NCBI GenBank assembly: GCA_965140705.1
Contig: OZ223300.1
Coordinates: 1,952,001 to 2,016,000, forward strand
Length of the DNA: 64,000 nucleotides
Direction: 5' to 3'
Origin: an uncultured Arcobacter sp.
GTDB lineage: Bacteria; Campylobacterota; Campylobacteria; Campylobacterales; Arcobacteraceae
The notes under the pieces are model-generated. The model did no database searches. It worked only from the letters and a program-made list of their open reading frames with translations, and had not been told where the DNA came from. Numbering within the stretch: the stretch's first letter is position 1; every line of letters begins with the position of its first letter. The position numbers and the translations under genes are program-made. Below are positions 8,435 through 19,128 of the stretch, one piece after another.

Positions 8435-8821
8435 TTGAAATATTATCCTGAATTTAAAAAAATTAATACCAATATTACAATAGAAAGATTAATTAAGTCC
8501 TTACCTTTAAAACTAAACAAAGGTATAAAATTTGGTTATATAAAAAACCAAACTCTTTTTTTCGTATTAAAACATCCTGTTTATAAAATGGAGTTTGAGT
8601 ATAACAAGAGTTTGATAAAATCACTTTTAAAAAAAGCAAATATTGCAAATGTAAATGACATAAAGTTTTTTGTAACTAATGTTATTGAAAAAAAAGAAGA
8701 AGAACTCAAAGAAGAAGATTTCTACAAAGAGCGCTCTTATGGTATCTTTGAAAATTTTTGTGAAAATGAAGATTTACGAAAGAAATTTGAAGAAATTAGA
8801 AATATAATCAAAAACTCTTAA
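8405..8821 (+). CDS. DUF721/DciA-like protein
   Basis: 138 aa, with a GYIKNQTLFFVLKHP..KMEF pattern typical of Campylobacterota DUF721 proteins. Confidence 0.6.
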   Translation: MKNASEILTHLKYYPEFKKINTNITIERLIKSLPLKLNKGIKFGYIKNQTLFFVLKHPVYKMEFEYNKSLIKSLLKKANIANVNDIKFFVTNVIEKKEEELKEEDFYKERSYGIFENFCENEDLRKKFEEIRNIIKNS

Positions 8822-9401
8822 GTGATTTTTCACATCTTTTATATTCAGGACAATACTTTTCTACCAAATTCCAAAATTTTTTAGAGTGATTTTTATGTTT
8901 TATATGTGCCAATTCATGAATTACCACATATTCTATAACATTTGCTGGAAATTTTAATAAGTTCAAATTTAAATTTATAGTGTCGTCATAAGAGCAAGAA
9001 CCCCATCTTGATTTATTGTTTCTATATTTTATATTTTTAGGGAATAATTGCATAATTTGTGCTTGATTATTTACTATTGGAGTTATGACTAAAGCAGCTT
9101 TACTTTTATAAAAAGAGATTAAATCAAAATCCTCAAAATCTTTTTTTTCAAATACTTCTCCTAAATAGAAAAATTTATCATCAGATATATTTGAAGACTT
9201 TTTATTTAGATGTCCTAATATCCACTGTTCTTTTCTTTTTATTAAAGCTTTTGCTTCATCTAGTGAAAAATATTTATTTGCAGTGATTTGAATTGAATTA
9301 TTTTCAATAATTCTTAAATAGCAGTGCCTAACATTTCTTTTATTTATTAATTTTGCATCTACTTCTTTTTCTTGTAATAAAACTTTAAATTCCAATATCA
9401 T
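8808..9401 (-). CDS. M48/YgjP (DUF45)-family metalloprotease-like protein
   Basis: SRWGSCS and HELAH...NHS..FW motifs. Start shortened from the ORF track because the longer version overlaps the aminotransferase. Confidence 0.85.
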   Translation of the reverse strand: MILEFKVLLQEKEVDAKLINKRNVRHCYLRIIENNSIQITANKYFSLDEAKALIKRKEQWILGHLNKKSSNISDDKFFYLGEVFEKKDFEDFDLISFYKSKAALVITPIVNNQAQIMQLFPKNIKYRNNKSRWGSCSYDDTINLNLNLLKFPANVIEYVVIHELAHIKHKNHSKKFWNLVEKYCPEYKRCEKSLKSF

Positions 9402-9474
9402 CCTTAAGTATTCTTTTGATAAAATCCACGTACTATTATATTGAAATATAATAAAAAATACATTGAGGAAAATA

Positions 9475-10647
9475 ATGAAAATTGCAAAAAGAATGGAGAA
9501 CCTATCTCCGTCGGTTACAATGGCTATTACTGCTTTAGGAAGAGAGCTTAAAGCACAAGGTAAAGACATTCTAAGTTTTAGTGCTGGTGAACCAGATTTT
9601 GATACGCCTGAAGTTGTAAAACAAGCGGCAATTAAAGCTATACAAGATGGTCATACTAAGTATACGGCTGTTGAAGGTATCACAGAAACTAAAAAAGCAA
9701 TTATTAATAAGCTAAAAAAAGATCATGGATTAAATTATTCTTTAGATGAAATTATAATCTCAAATGGAGCAAAACACTCTTTATTTAATCTTTTTCAAGT
9801 ATTAATTGAAGAAGGTGATGAAGTAATTATTCCTGCACCTTATTGGGTAACTTATCCAGAGCAAGTTAAATTTTCAAATGGAGTACCTGTTTTTATTGAA
9901 ACAGATGATACTACAGGTTTTAAAGTAACTGCTGAGCAAATAAAAGAAGCTATTACTTCTAAAACAAAAGTATTATTATTAAATACTCCTTCAAATCCGA
10001 CAGGAGCTATATATACTAAAGAAGAATTAACTGCCATTGGAAAAGTTTTAGAAGGTACTGATATTTTAGTTTTTTCTGATGAAATGTATGAAAAAATTAT
10101 ATACGATGGCAAAAAGTTTTGTACTGCTGCTGAAGTAAGTGATGATATGTTCCAAAGAACAGTTACAATCAATGGACTTAGTAAAGCAGTTGCAATGACT
10201 GGTTGGAGATTTGGATATCTTGCAACTCCACAAAAAAACCTAGTAAAAGCTATGACAAAACTTCAAGGTCAAGTTACATCAAATGTAAACTCAATCACTC
10301 AATATGCTGCAATTCCTGCACTTGAGGGTGAAGCTGATGTTACAATTGAAATCATGAGAAAAGAGTTTGAAAAAAGAAGAGATATAGCTGTTGAAAAATT
10401 TAACGCTATAAAAGGTATCACTTGTCTTAAACCAGATGGTGCCTTTTATCTTTTTGTAAATATCAAAGAACTTACATTTGATTCTATGAAATTTTGTTCA
10501 GATTTATTAGAACTAAAAGGTGTAGCACTAGTACCAGGTCTTGCATTTGGTATTGAAGGATATTTTAGATTCTCATTTGCTACAGATTTAGATTCTATTT
10601 TAAAAGGTATCACTAGAATAGAAGAGTTCGTAAACGAGAACTACTAG
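9475..10647 (+). CDS. PLP-dependent class I/II (aspartate) aminotransferase
   Basis: GEPDF, NTPSNPTG, DEMY and SKAVAMTGWRFG motifs. GAGG RBS before ATG 9475. Confidence 0.93.
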   Translation: MKIAKRMENLSPSVTMAITALGRELKAQGKDILSFSAGEPDFDTPEVVKQAAIKAIQDGHTKYTAVEGITETKKAIINKLKKDHGLNYSLDEIIISNGAKHSLFNLFQVLIEEGDEVIIPAPYWVTYPEQVKFSNGVPVFIETDDTTGFKVTAEQIKEAITSKTKVLLLNTPSNPTGAIYTKEELTAIGKVLEGTDILVFSDEMYEKIIYDGKKFCTAAEVSDDMFQRTVTINGLSKAVAMTGWRFGYLATPQKNLVKAMTKLQGQVTSNVNSITQYAAIPALEGEADVTIEIMRKEFEKRRDIAVEKFNAIKGITCLKPDGAFYLFVNIKELTFDSMKFCSDLLELKGVALVPGLAFGIEGYFRFSFATDLDSILKGITRIEEFVNENY

Positions 10648-10651
10648 TATT

Positions 10652-11548
10652 ATGTCTCCACAAAGAAAAGCAACCATAATCTCATCAAGCGTTGCAGCAA
10701 TTCTTACGCTAATAAAATTAGCCGTAGGAATTGCAAGTGGATCTGTGGCAGTTTTAGCTTCTGCTGTTGATTCCATCTTAGATATGTTTGTATCTGTATT
10801 TAACTACTTTGCTATTTCAAATGCAGAAAAACCAGCTGATAAATATTTTAACTATGGTAGAGGAAAAATTGAAGCCTTAGCTTCTGTTATTGAGGGTACT
10901 ATTATTAGTTTATCTGGGCTTTTTTTATTATACCAAGCCCTTGAAAAAGCTATCACAGGTGAAACATCTAAGTATTTAGAAGAGTCTTTGACTGTTATGA
11001 TTGTCTCTTTAATTATCACTACATCTTTAGTTATATATCTTAATTTAGTAGCTAAAAAAACAAATAACATGGTTATAAAAGCTGATTCTTTGCACTATAA
11101 AACAGATGTATATACAAATGTTGCAGTACTATTATCTTTAATCTTAGTAAAATTTACAGGATACGAAGCAATTGATATACTTATTGGTGCTTCAATATCA
11201 CTATATATCATATATTCAGCTTATGAACTAATCCAAAATGGAGTATTAGTTTTACTTGATAAAGCTGTTTCTCAAAAAATAGTAAAAAAAATCGAAAATA
11301 TTTTTATTGCAGAAGAGAGAGTGAATAATCACCACCTTTTAAAAACAAGGGAAGTGGGAGATAAAATATTTGTGGAAGTACATTTAGTATTTGATTGTCT
11401 TATCACTTTAATGGAAGCGCACAAAATTTCTGATAGAATAGAGAATAAAATTAGAAAAATCGATAAAAAGAAAAAATGGATAATCAATATACATATGGAT
11501 CCATATGATGATCTTGAATCGAATGATGAAGGGGATTTATTACATTAG
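10652..11548 (+). CDS. Cation diffusion facilitator (FieF-like) transporter
   Basis: SVAVLASAVDS.LD, YGRGKIE, ADSLHYKTD and C-terminal IHMDP. Confidence 0.9.
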   Translation: MSPQRKATIISSSVAAILTLIKLAVGIASGSVAVLASAVDSILDMFVSVFNYFAISNAEKPADKYFNYGRGKIEALASVIEGTIISLSGLFLLYQALEKAITGETSKYLEESLTVMIVSLIITTSLVIYLNLVAKKTNNMVIKADSLHYKTDVYTNVAVLLSLILVKFTGYEAIDILIGASISLYIIYSAYELIQNGVLVLLDKAVSQKIVKKIENIFIAEERVNNHHLLKTREVGDKIFVEVHLVFDCLITLMEAHKISDRIENKIRKIDKKKKWIINIHMDPYDDLESNDEGDLLH

Positions 11549-11562
11549 TGTAAACAACTATC

Positions 11563-13737
11563 ATGAAAAATAAAATTTTAAAAAAAATACTACTATATTC
11601 TTTCATTTCCATAGTTCTCTCTTTATTTTTATCATTTACATATATTTTCTTTCCCCAACTACCCCAAACTTTTGATAATAGTATAAGGGATACTCTTTTT
11701 AAAATAAGAGGAGAAATACCAAATAGCCACAATGTATTTATAGTAGATATTGATGAAAAATCTATACAAACCTTAGGTCAATGGCCATGGTCTAGAGATA
11801 AAATAGCTAAAATCTTAGAAAACCTTACAAACGCAGGAATTGGACTTATTGCTTTTGACGTTGTTTTTGCAGAAAGTGATAGAAGTTCCCCTAAAAAAGT
11901 TTTAGAAAAATACAATATAAAAAGAGATAATGTTCCTGATTATGATGAAATATTTGCAAAAACTGTTGCAAGTACACCTACAATCTTGGGTTATCAATTT
12001 GAATTAGAAAAAGACAATAAACACGTAAGTAAAAAAGCTCCCTCTATCCCTGCCATATTTGTAGAAAAAAATAAAAATCCTAATGAAAACTATCTAATCA
12101 AAGCAACAGGAACTATTTTAAATATTCCTATGGTTCAAGATAATGCCTACTCAAGTGGATTTTTTAATAATGTTCCAGATGAATCAGGAATCATAAGAAG
12201 TGTACCTTTAATAATTTCATATGATGATATTATTTATCCCTCACTTGCCCTAGAAGTATTAAGAGTCATTACTGATACTAAAAGAGTCGTCATAAATTAT
12301 GACGAAGATGGTGTTGAAAATATAAAATTAAATAATATTACAATTCCAACAGATAGACATGGAAGAATATTAGTAAACTTTAGAGGTAAGGAAAAAAGTT
12401 TTAAATATATTTCTGCCCTTGATATATATAATAATAAATTTGATAAAAAAGCTATAGAGGGCAAAATAGCACTAGTTGGAACTTCTGCAGCTGGATTACT
12501 TGACCTTCGAGCTACTCCTTTTGAGTCCGTTTATCCTGGAGTTGAAGTTCATGCAAATGTTATTGATAATATTTTAACTGGTGATTTTATTTATAAAGCA
12601 TCATGGATGGATGGAGTAAATATAGTATTAATTTTTATTCTATCTTTAGTAGTTACTCTTGCTATTACCTTTACCCCATTTTGGTATAATCCTTTTATCA
12701 CAATGGCATTTTTAGCAGTTACAGGATATGCTGCATATTATTCTTTATTTACTAAAGGTTTAGTATTTAATATATTTTATCCCTTACTCACTATAAGTAC
12801 AGCAGCCATAATTGCCACTTTACTTGATTACTTTTTTGAAATAAGACAAGAAGAAGCTATCAAGAAAAAATTTGCTTCTAAAGTATCAAAAGATGTAATG
12901 GATAACTTACTTAAAAATATGGATGATAGCGGTTTTCAAGCTATGGAAAAAGAAGTTACAGTATTTTTTAGTGATGTAAGAGGTTTTACTCAAATATCTG
13001 AAAAGATGGGAAGTGCAAAAAATCTAATTGAATATTTAAATCAATATATGGAACCTATGAGTAATATAATTACAAAATACCAAGGAACTATAGATAAATA
13101 TATTGGTGATGCTATTATGGCATATTGGAATGCACCTGGAAATGTAGAAAATCACCCAGATAAAGCAGTACTCGCTTCACTTGAACAAATAGCCCACTTG
13201 GAACCTTTAAATAAAGAGTATGACAAAAATAATAAACCTCATATTGACATAGGAATTGGACTAAATACTGGTATGGCAATTGTAGGAGAAATGGGAAGTA
13301 GTGGTAGAAGTGATTATACTGTTATTGGTGATGCTATTAATTTAGGTGCAAGATTAGAATCCCTATGTAAATTTTATAACTCAAAACTAAATATTTCTAA
13401 CTTTACAAAAGATGCTTTAAAAGAAGAGTATATCTTTAGATTTTTAGATTTAGTAACAGTAAAAGGAAAAGCAGAACCTGTAGAGATTTGGCAAGTACAT
13501 GGGAAAGGTCAAGCACAAGGAGAACAAAAAGAAGAGCTAGAAAAACACCATAAAGCAATTGAATTATATAAAAACTCACAATTTAAAGAGGCTTTAATGA
13601 TTTTTGAAGAGTTAGAAAATAGTGAAACAAAAACTAATAATAATATCTATAAAATATATATCGAAAGATGTACTGAATTTATAAAACAACCACCAGAAAA
13701 CTTCATTGGGGTTTATGAACATACTACAAAAGGTTAG
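11563..13737 (+). CDS. CHASE2-domain class III adenylate/guanylate cyclase
   Basis: GQWPWSR CHASE2 motif and 3 TM helices. FSDVRGFT, DKYIGDAIMA and GDAINLGARLE; the Lys/Asp residues favour ATP. Confidence 0.92.
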   Translation: MKNKILKKILLYSFISIVLSLFLSFTYIFFPQLPQTFDNSIRDTLFKIRGEIPNSHNVFIVDIDEKSIQTLGQWPWSRDKIAKILENLTNAGIGLIAFDVVFAESDRSSPKKVLEKYNIKRDNVPDYDEIFAKTVASTPTILGYQFELEKDNKHVSKKAPSIPAIFVEKNKNPNENYLIKATGTILNIPMVQDNAYSSGFFNNVPDESGIIRSVPLIISYDDIIYPSLALEVLRVITDTKRVVINYDEDGVENIKLNNITIPTDRHGRILVNFRGKEKSFKYISALDIYNNKFDKKAIEGKIALVGTSAAGLLDLRATPFESVYPGVEVHANVIDNILTGDFIYKASWMDGVNIVLIFILSLVVTLAITFTPFWYNPFITMAFLAVTGYAAYYSLFTKGLVFNIFYPLLTISTAAIIATLLDYFFEIRQEEAIKKKFASKVSKDVMDNLLKNMDDSGFQAMEKEVTVFFSDVRGFTQISEKMGSAKNLIEYLNQYMEPMSNIITKYQGTIDKYIGDAIMAYWNAPGNVENHPDKAVLASLEQIAHLEPLNKEYDKNNKPHIDIGIGLNTGMAIVGEMGSSGRSDYTVIGDAINLGARLESLCKFYNSKLNISNFTKDALKEEYIFRFLDLVTVKGKAEPVEIWQVHGKGQAQGEQKEELEKHHKAIELYKNSQFKEALMIFEELENSETKTNNNIYKIYIERCTEFIKQPPENFIGVYEHTTKG

Positions 13738-13786
13738 ATTTCCAATTTTTTATTAATTTTGTTATACTAAACAAAAAGGACAAAAA

Positions 13787-13939
13787 ATGCAAACAGCTAT
13801 GATATTAATCTATATTGTTATGTTTATAATAGCATTTATTTTAAGCCTTGTTAGTGTGAGATATTTTATAACTATGTGGAAATATAAAAATAGAAAAAAA
13901 GATGGTAGTGAAGATAAGGATTTTAAAAAGTTCGATTAA
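13787..13939 (+). CDS. Small single-TM protein (50 aa)
   Basis: Not in ORF track. AAGGA RBS, then MQTAMILIYIVMFIIAFILSLVSVRYFITMWKYKNRKK..., with a TATACT -10-like box upstream. Confidence 0.65.
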   Translation: MQTAMILIYIVMFIIAFILSLVSVRYFITMWKYKNRKKDGSEDKDFKKFD

Positions 13940-13945
13940 ACTTTT

Positions 13946-14569
13946 TTATGACCACAATTGTAATTTTGGTAAATGAGAAACTGCCTTTAAAATATCAGTT
14001 TTAGAAATAATCCCAAATAAAATATCATCATCAACAACAGGAATAGCATCAAGATTATAATCAATCATAACTTTAGCCACTCTTCTTATATCTGAAATTG
14101 GATCTGTTGTTATAACTTCAGGTAAAAAGACATCTTCTAATTTTCTATTTAATATCTCTTTTACATTATCTATATCAGCCATCAAAAGATTTAATATTAT
14201 TTTTTTACTTATTAGTCCTATTATTTTCCTATCAATTGAGACTACAGGTATTTGCACAAAATCATACTCTTTTAGAAAATGATACGCTTCTTCTATAGTT
14301 GTTTTTGTACCAACGGTAAATACATCTTTTGTCATAATATCTTTCACTTGGTAAATAATCTCAGAGGTATCCATATTTGCTATTTTTTTGTAAGAATTTA
14401 TTAGTTCATTATTATTCTTAGGGTTCTTTTTTTTATGGGAAAAATGTTCAATAATTTCATCATTTGGACTAAATTTTTCTTTAGTTGATTTATCAATTGG
14501 TTTAACTTTATGTAAATTATCAGCCGTTGTCTGAACACCTACTATTCCATTTTCATATATTGTAAACAT
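13946..14569 (-). CDS. CBS-domain protein
   Basis: Tandem CBS motifs (VKDIMT...IPVV...GIISKTDIL). Confidence 0.85.
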   Translation of the reverse strand: MFTIYENGIVGVQTTADNLHKVKPIDKSTKEKFSPNDEIIEHFSHKKKNPKNNNELINSYKKIANMDTSEIIYQVKDIMTKDVFTVGTKTTIEEAYHFLKEYDFVQIPVVSIDRKIIGLISKKIILNLLMADIDNVKEILNRKLEDVFLPEVITTDPISDIRRVAKVMIDYNLDAIPVVDDDILFGIISKTDILKAVSHLPKLQLWS

Positions 14570-14685
14570 CTTATTTCCTTTTGAAAATGAATAATTGTAA
14601 CATCATTTTAAGATTAATTACAAATTATTTAGTAAAATTAAATATAAATAGTTTGATTAGATTGTCAAATTTTAGAGTTTTTTCT

Positions 14686-15257
14686 TCTCTTGAAGAGGTA
14701 AACCTCTTCGCTCTCTTACTTTTGTATTGACGAAAAGTAAGCAAAAACAACTACGGCTTCGAAGCCAAAGGTTCCCTCACTTATTATTTTTCCCTTTTCT
14801 GATTGATAAAACTCGTTTATTAAAACTTGCATTTAGCAACTTTTAAACACTCAGACAGTTACCAATCTTATTTCAAAAAGAGAAAAATAAACGCTCAGCT
14901 TCTGTAGATGTAGCAATATTATTTGGTGTCTATATATTACTTTATAAATAAAAATTTGAACTATAGGTATTTCTTTCTGCCTTTGATGAAGCTGGAAGTT
15001 ATATATTTATTTTCGGTAAAGCCCGAAACTGTTTGAACGTTAAGAAGAGTGCTAAATGCACTCTTTAGTGAGTTTTGCAGGGCAGATGCTGGAACGAAGT
15101 GACTAAATTCTGGTACAGACAAAATAAATATATAACTGGAAGGTAGCTTGCCTTCATCAATTCGGCAGTCTTTTTTCTCAAAGAGAGTGCAAGCACAAGG
15201 CTTACTTTTTCGAGATCAAAAAGTAAGAAAAGCGAAAACCGTTAGGTGTTCATGAGA
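14686..15257. repeat. Large two-armed REP/REPIN-like structured element, copy A (572 bp)
   Basis: Imperfect terminal IR TCTCTTGAA/TTCATGAGA and CTTACTTTT..AAAAGTAAG hairpins at both ends. The arms are homologous (reverse complement) to 60219-60680. Confidence 0.75.
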
Positions 15258-15356
15258 AAATTTATTCAAATAAAAACTAAAAGCAGGATATAACAGATAT
15301 TTAGCTATTATAACTACCCAAATTAATAAATAATATATAGGATTTTAAATACTCAT

Positions 15357-17315
15357 ATGGCACTAATAGACTTACAAAATATTTCAAAACAATATGACAT
15401 CAAAGTAATACTTAAAAATGTAAACTTTACACTAAATCAAGGGCAAAGAATCGCTGTCATTGGACAAAATGGACAAGGAAAATCTACCCTTCTTAAAATC
15501 ATCACTGGTGAAGTTGAGCCTGATAGTGGAGAGATGGCTATTGATAAATCTCTTAAAATAGAGATGTTAGCCCAACAACCAAAATTCAAAGACAACTTGA
15601 TGGTAAGAGATGCCATTGAAGAGCAACTTGTTGAAGTAAAAAGTGCAAAAGATGAGTATGAAGAGATATCTCACAAACTAATGACTGATTATGAAAATGA
15701 AGCACTTCTCCATAGACAAAGTGAACTAGCCACATTTTTAGAGTTTCACAATGCTTGGGACTTGGATAATCTCATTGAACGAGTATTAATAGAGTTCCAT
15801 TTAAAAGAGTTTGAACACAAAGATGTAAACCTCCTAAGTGGAGGAGAACAAAGACGAGTTAGTCTTGCAGGATTGCTTTTAAGAAAACCAGATGTTTTAC
15901 TTCTAGATGAGCCTACCAATCACCTTGATGTTTATATGGTAGAGTTCCTCGAAGAACTACTTATTAAAAATAACTTTACACTTATTTTTATCTCACATGA
16001 TAGATATTTTATAGATAATATTGCAACAGAGATTATAGAAGTAGAAAATGGAGATATAAAAAAGTATAAAGGTGGATATACTGCTTACTTAGAACAAAAG
16101 CAACAAATGCTTGAGATCATGGAGAAAGAGCACCAAAATCTAATTAGAATGGTAAAAAGAGAAGCCCATTGGATGCAACATGGAGTTACAGCTAGAAGAA
16201 AAAGAAATGAGAGAAGAAAATCAGAATATTTTGACCTAAAAAAACAAGCAAAATCAAATCCAGCACTTATAAAAAAGATGAGTGTAGAACTTCAAAGGGA
16301 ACAAAAAGCATTTAATAGTGAAGATGTAAAAATTCAAAATAAAAAAAAGATGCTTTTCGAACTTGACGACATATCAAAAACACTTGGAAACAAACTCCTT
16401 ATCAAAGACTTTACAGCAAGAATCTTACAAAAAGATACCATAGCAATAGTGGGACCAAATGGTACTGGAAAATCAACTATGCTACGAATCTTTATGGGAA
16501 AACTTCAAATTGATAGTGGTAGCTTTAAAAAAGGTGATTTTAAAATCGGCTATTTTGACCAACACAGAGAAATGCTTGATGATAGTAAAAATCTATTGGA
16601 AACCTTTTGTCCAAATGGTGGAGATAGAGTCGTACTTCCAGATGGAAGAAATTTACATGTATTTGGGTACTTGAAAAACTTCTTATTTCCTAGGGAATAT
16701 TTGGATAAAAAAATAGGTGTGTTAAGTGGTGGTGAGAAAAATAGAGTAGCCCTTGCACTTTTATTTACTAAAGATATCGATTGTATGGTTTTAGATGAAC
16801 CTACAAATGACCTTGATATCCCGACAATTAATATTCTAGAAGAGTATTTACAAAACTTCCAAGGGGCTCTTATATTTGTATCACACGATAGATATTTTGT
16901 GGATAAGATTGCAAAAAAACTTTATGTCTTCAAAGGTAAAAATGGAGAGATTTTTGAATCATTTCAACCATATACTGAATATCTTGAAATAGAAAAAGAG
17001 ATAAAAGAATTAGAAAATTATGAAAAAGAGTTAGCAAAAGAAGAGACTACAAAAGCAAAACAAACAACTAACACTAAAAAACAGACAAAACTAAGCTATA
17101 AAGACCAAAGAGATTATGATAATCTCCCAAAAGAGATTGAAGAGTTAGAATCAAAAATAGAAGAGATAAATGAGTGTTTATCAAATCCCTCTTGTTATGA
17201 ACAAAAAGGAATAGTAGCAATTTCACAAGAGTTAGAAGAGGTAAATGCAATCTATGAAGAAAAAGTTGAACGCTATTTAGAACTTGAAGAATTAATAGAA
17301 AGTTTTAACGCATAG
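15357..17315 (+). CDS. ABC-F family ATPase (Uup-like)
   Basis: Two NBDs (GQNGQGKS, GPNGTGKS, LSGGE, LDEPTN), no TM domains, C-terminal coiled coil KLSYKDQR. Confidence 0.92.
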   Translation: MALIDLQNISKQYDIKVILKNVNFTLNQGQRIAVIGQNGQGKSTLLKIITGEVEPDSGEMAIDKSLKIEMLAQQPKFKDNLMVRDAIEEQLVEVKSAKDEYEEISHKLMTDYENEALLHRQSELATFLEFHNAWDLDNLIERVLIEFHLKEFEHKDVNLLSGGEQRRVSLAGLLLRKPDVLLLDEPTNHLDVYMVEFLEELLIKNNFTLIFISHDRYFIDNIATEIIEVENGDIKKYKGGYTAYLEQKQQMLEIMEKEHQNLIRMVKREAHWMQHGVTARRKRNERRKSEYFDLKKQAKSNPALIKKMSVELQREQKAFNSEDVKIQNKKKMLFELDDISKTLGNKLLIKDFTARILQKDTIAIVGPNGTGKSTMLRIFMGKLQIDSGSFKKGDFKIGYFDQHREMLDDSKNLLETFCPNGGDRVVLPDGRNLHVFGYLKNFLFPREYLDKKIGVLSGGEKNRVALALLFTKDIDCMVLDEPTNDLDIPTINILEEYLQNFQGALIFVSHDRYFVDKIAKKLYVFKGKNGEIFESFQPYTEYLEIEKEIKELENYEKELAKEETTKAKQTTNTKKQTKLSYKDQRDYDNLPKEIEELESKIEEINECLSNPSCYEQKGIVAISQELEEVNAIYEEKVERYLELEELIESFNA

Positions 17316-17361
17316 TTTGCTACAATAAATAAATTTATAAATTATAAAAGGATATATCAAT

Positions 17362-17805
17362 ATGAGTTTAAAAGAACAACTAAAATCAGATTTAAAAGAT
17401 GCTATGAGATCAAAAGAGATTGTAAAAAGAGATTCTATAAGAGCTATTAATACTATGATAAAACAAATTGAAGTTGATGAAAGAAAAGAGTTAAATGATG
17501 AAGATGTTATTAAACTTGTACAAAGAGGTATCAAACAAAGACAAGAAGCTTTTATCCAATATAAAGATGCGGGAAGAGATGATTTAGCTCAAGTAGAGCA
17601 AGAACAAATCGAAGTATTTAAAACATATTTACCACAACAACTAAGTGATGAAGAACTAGAAACGGGAATGAAAGAAGTAATAGCAGAAGTTGGAGCAACA
17701 ACTATGAAAGATATGGGTAAAGTAATGGGAACTGCAAGTAAAAAGTTTGCAGGAGTTGCTGATGGAAAAAGAATAAATGAGATGGTAAAAAAACTTTTAG
17801 TTTAA
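17362..17805 (+). CDS. GatB/YqeY domain protein
   Basis: LK.DLKDAMRSK...YLPQQLS...DMGKVMG. Confidence 0.92.
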   Translation: MSLKEQLKSDLKDAMRSKEIVKRDSIRAINTMIKQIEVDERKELNDEDVIKLVQRGIKQRQEAFIQYKDAGRDDLAQVEQEQIEVFKTYLPQQLSDEELETGMKEVIAEVGATTMKDMGKVMGTASKKFAGVADGKRINEMVKKLLV

Positions 17806-17817
17806 AAAGGGAAACTC

Positions 17818-19074
17818 ATGACGAATATTGAGAAAATAGCTAGCAAGACATTAGAAGTATTAAAAGAGAGAAATCTTCAACCAACTCCTAATGAATACAA
17901 TAAAGAGTTTTGTAATCTTGCCAAAGAGAGCAATGAAGAGATTGAAGAGTGCAGTTTATTTAAAAACTTAGTTAGTAAACTAACACCCCAAGAAAGGGAT
18001 GAATTAAATGCAAATGATATTCAGACATTTGAAGAACTTATTACCCTACTTTTAAAAAGAGTTCATATCAAAAATGTCTCGACATTGGCTTCTATTATCA
18101 AACAAGCTTTATCGCCATCTATCAATATTCACCTTGATGAACAACTTACAAATTTTTCTATTAAAATCGGTGATTCTCCAGAACTTATTTTCGAAGAAGA
18201 TATACAAAAAGAGATGCAAAAACTTTTAGAAAAAAGGTTTAAAACAGACCAAACCTTACTAAAAGAAAAGACTGCTGATATTGCCAAATTAGTAACACTT
18301 ATGGGTAAACACTTAAAAGAAGCAATCAACAGTAATCAAAATAGCTCGATCAATGTAACAAGCATAAAAGATGAACTAACATCAATAGATTTAGAAGATA
18401 GTAATATTTCTGAACTAGTAACCTTACAAAATAAACTTATAAATGCCGCTTCTAGTATCGAAACAGAGATGAATGAAGTAAATAAAAAATTATCTTCTGG
18501 TGAAAACCATGTAAAAGATTTAGAAAACAAGGTTCAAAACTTAGAATCTCAATTAAAAAAAGCAAAAGAAGAAGCAATCATAGACCATCTTACAGGACTT
18601 CTTACAAGAAGAGCTTATGATACAGAGATAAAAACTATAGATAAAAATTTTGAGAGAGACAATATACAATATGCAATAATCTTCTTTGACTTAGACCACT
18701 TCAAAGATATAAATGACACTTATGGTCATGAAGGTGGAGATACAGTATTAAAAACTTTTTCAAAAATACTTAAAAGCCAAACAAGAGAGAATGATATCTT
18801 AGCTAGATATGGTGGTGAAGAGTTTGTAGCAACTGTTGAATATAAACTAAGAAGAGAAGTTTTGCAATACCTAAAAAGAATAAAAAATATCGTAAATGAA
18901 AATAGCTTTAATTATAAAAACAAGAAAATAAAAGTGACTTTTTCAGCTGGGGTAGTTCTAAGAAATGACCATAAAACTTACCATGATGCAATACAAAAAG
19001 CAGATATACTTCTATACCAAGCAAAAAATGATGGTAGAAATAAAATAATACTAGAAGATGGATTAATAATATAA
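17818..19074 (+). CDS. Diguanylate cyclase
   Basis: D.LTGL, DLDHFK.IND.YGH, RxxD I-site and GGEEF. Coiled-coil N-terminus. Confidence 0.92.
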   Translation: MTNIEKIASKTLEVLKERNLQPTPNEYNKEFCNLAKESNEEIEECSLFKNLVSKLTPQERDELNANDIQTFEELITLLLKRVHIKNVSTLASIIKQALSPSINIHLDEQLTNFSIKIGDSPELIFEEDIQKEMQKLLEKRFKTDQTLLKEKTADIAKLVTLMGKHLKEAINSNQNSSINVTSIKDELTSIDLEDSNISELVTLQNKLINAASSIETEMNEVNKKLSSGENHVKDLENKVQNLESQLKKAKEEAIIDHLTGLLTRRAYDTEIKTIDKNFERDNIQYAIIFFDLDHFKDINDTYGHEGGDTVLKTFSKILKSQTRENDILARYGGEEFVATVEYKLRREVLQYLKRIKNIVNENSFNYKNKKIKVTFSAGVVLRNDHKTYHDAIQKADILLYQAKNDGRNKIILEDGLII

Positions 19075-19128
19075 AAACTAAGTTATGGCTAAATCATCAT
19101 CAAAGATGATTTAACTCATAAAAGTAAA

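Noticed and set aside
9402..9569. N-terminal extension of the M48/YgjP ORF in the ORF track
   Set aside because: It overlaps the divergent aminotransferase gene and its promoter. The recognisable domain begins downstream.
14686..15257. Autonomous insertion sequence or tRNA/rRNA gene
   Set aside because: No transposase ORF, cloverleaf or rRNA similarity. Treated as a non-coding structured repeat.
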